Below are positions 59,661-64,000 of a stretch of 64,000 nt of DNA, one piece after another. The DNA is taken from contig CAWDOY010000054.1 of assembly GCA_963803975.1 (NCBI GenBank), positions 96,001-160,000 on the forward strand, given 5' to 3'. A program made the position numbers and the translations under genes. Below the pieces are notes generated by a model, which had not been told where the DNA came from, ran no database searches, and saw nothing but the letters and a program-made list of their open reading frames with translations. Positions within the stretch are counted from its first letter, which is position 1. Each line of letters opens with the position of its first letter. Source of the DNA: an uncultured delta proteobacterium. GTDB lineage: Bacteria; Desulfobacterota; WTBG01; CAIYCZ01.

Positions 59661-60605
59661 ATGAATCTTCTAGTCGACAGCCTCAGCCTTAAAGAAACCA
59701 CGATCTACAGTTTTCCCTACACCGTGCTCACCAGACGCAGCGAGCCTATCATTATCAAGCCGGTTGATGACAAGACCTGCCCGCAGCTCATGAACATGTA
59801 TCTTCATGCGGTGCCGCGCAATTCCTTTGATGGACTGCCGCCCATCAGAGATGACCGGTGCCGCGCCTGGGTGCAGGGCATGGTCGAGCGGGGGGTCAAC
59901 CTGGTCGCCCTATCTATTGGAACGGGCGTGGTGGGCCATGCGGCGCTGTTCCCCATCAGCGAGAAAGTAAGCGAGATGCTGCTGGTGGTTGACCCAAAAT
60001 ACCAGAATCTGAGCATTGGAACGCAGCTCACGCGCTGCATTATTCAGCTTGCCAATGAATTATGCCTTGAGAAAATCTGGCTCTACGGGGAGATGAAGGA
60101 CCAGAATGCCAAGCATGTGTATAAGAAATGCGGCTTTGAGTACCTGAGCCCTCATTATATTGAGGAAGTGGAAATGGTCTTTGACCTCAAACGCTACCAG
60201 AAGACCCTGGACGTGAAGGTCAGCCAGATCATGAACAAGAATGTGGTGACCCTGGACCGGAACAGCTCCTGCCTTGAGGCGCTGGATATATTCATCAGGA
60301 ATAATTTCGGCGCCCTGCCGGTTATTGATGAAGAGAACCGCGTAATCGGGATACTGTCGGAGACAGACCTGGTTATAGAAACCAACCTCAATCTCAGGGT
60401 GGGCGACATCCTGACCATGGAAGTGGTCACCGTCCATGAGGGCTCAAATATTGAAAAGCTGATCAGGCTCTTTCAGTCAATGCGGCTGCGCTGCATTCCG
60501 GTGATAAATGACGAGAAAAAGCTGGTCGGGATTGTCGGCAGAAAAGATATTCTGAGCTATTACTACTTAAAATTCAGGTTAGGCCTTGACTTTAAAGATG
60601 CTTAA
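59661..60605 (+). CDS. GNAT + tandem CBS domain protein
   Basis: GLPP, VVGHAAL, YQNLSIGT, VYKKCGF; then VSQIMNKNV, LPVIDE, IPVIND. Confidence 0.85.
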   Translation: MNLLVDSLSLKETTIYSFPYTVLTRRSEPIIIKPVDDKTCPQLMNMYLHAVPRNSFDGLPPIRDDRCRAWVQGMVERGVNLVALSIGTGVVGHAALFPISEKVSEMLLVVDPKYQNLSIGTQLTRCIIQLANELCLEKIWLYGEMKDQNAKHVYKKCGFEYLSPHYIEEVEMVFDLKRYQKTLDVKVSQIMNKNVVTLDRNSSCLEALDIFIRNNFGALPVIDEENRVIGILSETDLVIETNLNLRVGDILTMEVVTVHEGSNIEKLIRLFQSMRLRCIPVINDEKKLVGIVGRKDILSYYYLKFRLGLDFKDA

Positions 60606-60669
60606 GAAAACACTCCCCAGGTGAGACGGTTTTTTTAATTATAAAAATTTTGTTAAAAAATAAATCGCC

Positions 60670-60698
60670 TTGACAAGAAAAATACCCTGTGATACACC
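60670..60698 (+). promoter_or_regulatory. Probable sigma70 promoter of the fhs operon
   Basis: TTGACA-17nt-TACACC with extended TG. Confidence 0.5.
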
Positions 60699-61039
60699 CA
60701 AACATCCGTCATTGGGGACGGAAACAGCAGCGTGTTTTTGGTAATTTAGCACGTCTCACGTACGTACTCACCTCTTTCGTAGAATAAAAATTATTATATA
60801 TCAGCTGTATTCCGCAGTCTGGTAATGACTGTGTGCCGGTTTTTTCCGGCGCGCTGCAGTTGACTATTGCTATGCGCGAGAGCCGATAAGCGCGGCACTA
60901 CACCGGTGCAGTGCTATGCCCGGAAATTATTCCCCGGGCAGCAGAAGAAGAACGTCACACAGAAAAGAGTTTCTCCGCGGTATCTCCGGACAGATAGAAG
61001 CTGTTTGTAGCTCAGTTCATATTAATTAAGGAGGACACT

Positions 61040-62803
61040 ATGCCCTACGATGCAACGAAAATGGCCGACTGGCAGATTTCAGAAGCTGCAGAAGAAAAGA
61101 TGCCTACCCCGGATCAATGGCGTGAAAAGCTTGGCTTGCAGAAAGATGAAGTTATCCCCATGGGGAAGCTGGCAAAGCTTGATTTTTTGAAAATCATCGA
61201 GCGCCTGAAAGACAAGCCTGATGGTAAATATATCGAGGTTACCGCAATTACCCCCACACCGCTCGGGGAAGGTAAAAGCACCACCTCGGTAGGATTAATC
61301 GAGGGGCTCGGGCAGCGGAAGAAAAACGTCGGCGGCTGCCTTCGCCAGCCTTCCGGCGGGCCGACCATGAACGTGAAAGGCACTGCTGCCGGCGGCGGCA
61401 ACGCGCTTCTCATTCCCATGACCGAGTTTTCCCTGGGCCTGACCGGTGATATCAACAACATCATGAATGCCCATAACCTGGCGATGGTGGCGCTCACCGC
61501 CCGTATGCAGCATGAGCGCAACTACAATGACGAGCAGCTGCAGCGGCTCACCAAGATGCGCCGGCTTGACGTTGACCCCACCCGGGTGGAGATGGGCTGG
61601 ATTATAGACTTCTGCGCCCAGAGCCTGAGAAACATCGTGATCGGGCTTGGCGGCCGTCAGGACGGTTACACCATGCAGTCAAAATTCGGCATTGCCGTGG
61701 GCTCCGAGTGCATGGCCATGCTTTCCATAGTAAAGGACCTTGCAGATTTGCGGCAGCGGCTGGATAAAATAACGGTCGCCTATGACAAGGGCGGAAAACC
61801 GGTAACGACCGGGGACCTTGAAGTGGGCGGCGCCATGTGCGCCTTCATGCGCGATACCATCAATCCGACGCTTATGAGCACCGCGGAATATCAGCCGTGC
61901 ATGGTGCACGCGGGCCCCTTTGCCAATATTGCCGTGGGCCAGTCATCAATCATCGCCGACCGCATCGGCCTGAAGATGTTTGATTACCATGTGACTGAAA
62001 GCGGCTTTGCCGCGGACATCGGCTTTGAAAAGTTCTGGAACGTGAAGTGCCGCTTCAGCGGGTTAAAACCGCACGTTTCGGTTCTGACCACAACTATTCG
62101 GGCCCTCAAGATGCACGGCGGCGGCCCCAAGGTAGTCGCCGGCATAGCGCTTCCCGAAGAATACACGAAAGAGAATCTGGCCCTGCTGGAAAAGGGACTG
62201 GCAAACATGATTCACCACATCAACACCATCCGCAAGTCAGGCATCAACCCGGTGGTCTGCATCAACACCTTCCATACTGATACCAGGGAAGAGATTGAAA
62301 TGGTAAAGAAGGCGGCAGAAGCAGCAGGCGCCCGCTGTGCCAAATCCACGCACTGGGCGCAGGGCGGGGAAGGCGCGGTAGAGCTGGCCGATGCGGTCAT
62401 TGATGCCTGCAATGACAAGAATGACTTCAAGTTCCTTTACCCGAAAGAAATGAAGCTGCGCGACCGGGTGGCACTCATTGCAAAAGAGGTCTATGGCGCT
62501 GATGGTGTGTCGTGGTCTGCAGAGGCGGAAGCCAAGGCAAAGAACTTTGAAAAAGATCCGCAGTTTGACGACTATGCCACCATGATGGTTAAGACCCATC
62601 TGAGCCTCACCCACGATCCCGCGCTGAAGGGCGTGCCCAAAGGCTGGACGCTGCCCATCCGGGATGTGCTCATTTATTCAGGGGCCCAGTTTCTCTGCCC
62701 GTGCGCGGGCACCATCAGCCTGATGCCGGGCACCAGCTCAAATCCGGCCTTCCGGCGCATTGACGTGGATGTGAAGACCGGAAAAGTGAGCGGTCTGTTT
62801 TAA
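61040..62803 (+). CDS. fhs: Formate--tetrahydrofolate ligase
   Basis: [45 protein letters not shown]. Confidence 0.98.
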   Translation: MPYDATKMADWQISEAAEEKMPTPDQWREKLGLQKDEVIPMGKLAKLDFLKIIERLKDKPDGKYIEVTAITPTPLGEGKSTTSVGLIEGLGQRKKNVGGCLRQPSGGPTMNVKGTAAGGGNALLIPMTEFSLGLTGDINNIMNAHNLAMVALTARMQHERNYNDEQLQRLTKMRRLDVDPTRVEMGWIIDFCAQSLRNIVIGLGGRQDGYTMQSKFGIAVGSECMAMLSIVKDLADLRQRLDKITVAYDKGGKPVTTGDLEVGGAMCAFMRDTINPTLMSTAEYQPCMVHAGPFANIAVGQSSIIADRIGLKMFDYHVTESGFAADIGFEKFWNVKCRFSGLKPHVSVLTTTIRALKMHGGGPKVVAGIALPEEYTKENLALLEKGLANMIHHINTIRKSGINPVVCINTFHTDTREEIEMVKKAAEAAGARCAKSTHWAQGGEGAVELADAVIDACNDKNDFKFLYPKEMKLRDRVALIAKEVYGADGVSWSAEAEAKAKNFEKDPQFDDYATMMVKTHLSLTHDPALKGVPKGWTLPIRDVLIYSGAQFLCPCAGTISLMPGTSSNPAFRRIDVDVKTGKVSGLF

Positions 62804-62843
62804 ACAAGCCGCTGTCAGCACGCATCAATAAATGCATGCAGGG

Positions 62844-62886
62844 TCAGAATTCAGACAGTTTTTATTCTGGATTCTGATTCCTGATT
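62844..62886. repeat. Inverted heptamer array (TCAGAAT class)
   Basis: TCAGAATTCAGA ... TCTGGATTCTGATTCCTGAT. Confidence 0.55.
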
Positions 62887-62902
62887 TTTGTATGCTGTGA
62901 TA

Positions 62903-64000
62903 ATGGAAAAAATAACCATCACCTTTCTTCCCGCAAATAAGACGCTGCAGGAACAGAAGGGCAGCAACCTGCTGGCCCTGGCGGTTGAGGCAGGCATCTA
63001 CATCACTGCCGCATGCGGCGGGGTCGGCGCCTGCGGCAAGTGCCGGGTGCTTATCCAGTCAGGAGAGGTGGATTGCCGGGACTGCAGCCAGGTTCCTCCT
63101 GAGGAGTTTGCCAAAGGGTACCGCCTTGCCTGCCAGTCATATGTTTTAAGCGATGCCACCATCCTGGTCCCGCCGGAACTGCATCCGCCGGAGGCAATCG
63201 GCAGCACTGCCGCACCCTGCAAGCCGGCCCACCGGCAGGCAGTATCCCAGGAGCTGGAGCACCTGGTAAGCGGTGCCTGGTACAACCCGGCCCTGAAAAA
63301 ATTCACCGTTACCCTTGACCCGCCCACCATCGCCGATAATGTCAGCGACCTGTCGCGGCTGCTGCGGGCTTTGAAAAAACAGCACAACCTGGAAAGTATC
63401 TCCATTGATTTTGCGCTCCTGAAAAAACTGCCGCACCTGGTGCGCGCTGCTGGCTGGGAAGCCACGGTAACCATAGTGCAGACCAGAATGGAGTCACAGC
63501 TGGGCGAGCACCAGCTGCGCGGCTCCCGGCGCCCCAAGATGATAGCGGTTGAAGCGGGCAACACCTGCGACCGGCACTACTCCATTGTGCTTGACATCGG
63601 GACCACGTCGCTGTGGGGCCAGCTCGTTGACCTGAACCGCCGGGAGAGTTTGGCCCAGGCCTCGGAATATAACCCGCAGATCCGCTTCGGTGATGATGTC
63701 ATAACCCGCATCATCCATTCCCAGCGGCCCGGGGGGCTCGGGCAGCTGCAGGAGGCGGTTGTCGGCGGGCTGAATAAGATTGTACAGCGAGCTCATAGAG
63801 AAGGCCGGGGTGGAAAAGCGCCACGTGTCCCATGTCACTGCTGCCGGCAACACCATCATGACGCACCTGTTGGCAGGGCTTGACCCCAAATACATCCGCG
63901 AAGCACCCTATACGCCGGTGGCCGCGTTTATTCCGCCGCTGCGGGCCGTGCGGCTCGGGCTTGACGTGGACGAGCATGTGTATGTCTACACCTTCCCTTC
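62903..64000 (+). CDS. 2Fe-2S + ASKHA protein (corrinoid reductive activator, RACo/AcsV-like); frameshift at ~63787; runs off the window
   Basis: CGGVGACGKC...RLACQ ferredoxin; DIGTT, NPQIRFGDDVITRI; AGNTIMTHLL in the shifted frame. Confidence 0.9.

Overview
A mostly core-genome segment of an anaerobic Gram-negative bacterium, most likely Desulfobacterota/'Deltaproteobacteria' (inferred from gene content and order). It carries thpR-recA-recX-alaS, bamD, glmU-glmS, a MesB-like core methionine synthase, kdsA-kdsD-kdsC-lptC-lptA-lptB-rpoN-hpf-ptsN-rapZ-EIIA-rimI-pyrK-pyrD-ispG-proS-rel, rpmB, manC-manB, uvrA, pdxA-hisIFAHB, tRNA-Pro, rdgB, a two-component cluster, fhs and a corrinoid reductive activator. 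Accessory content is three intact toxin-antitoxin pairs plus one relic, an IS1202-family element with a 17-bp target duplication, and two MITE families whose TIRs and TSDs are readable by eye. The main unexplained structure is about 20 intergenic arrays of 7-9 bp tandem repeats in several sequence classes. Many form inverted arms and start at or overlap the stop codon of genes inside housekeeping operons. Other leads are an LptA fused to an extra N-terminal domain, a promoter-leader-terminator unit upstream of a secreted beta-propeller gene, and a structured fhs leader. Many essential genes show single indels and the first ~0.8 kb is heavily degraded, which suggests long-read consensus errors. 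All calls were made by eye, with no database searches.
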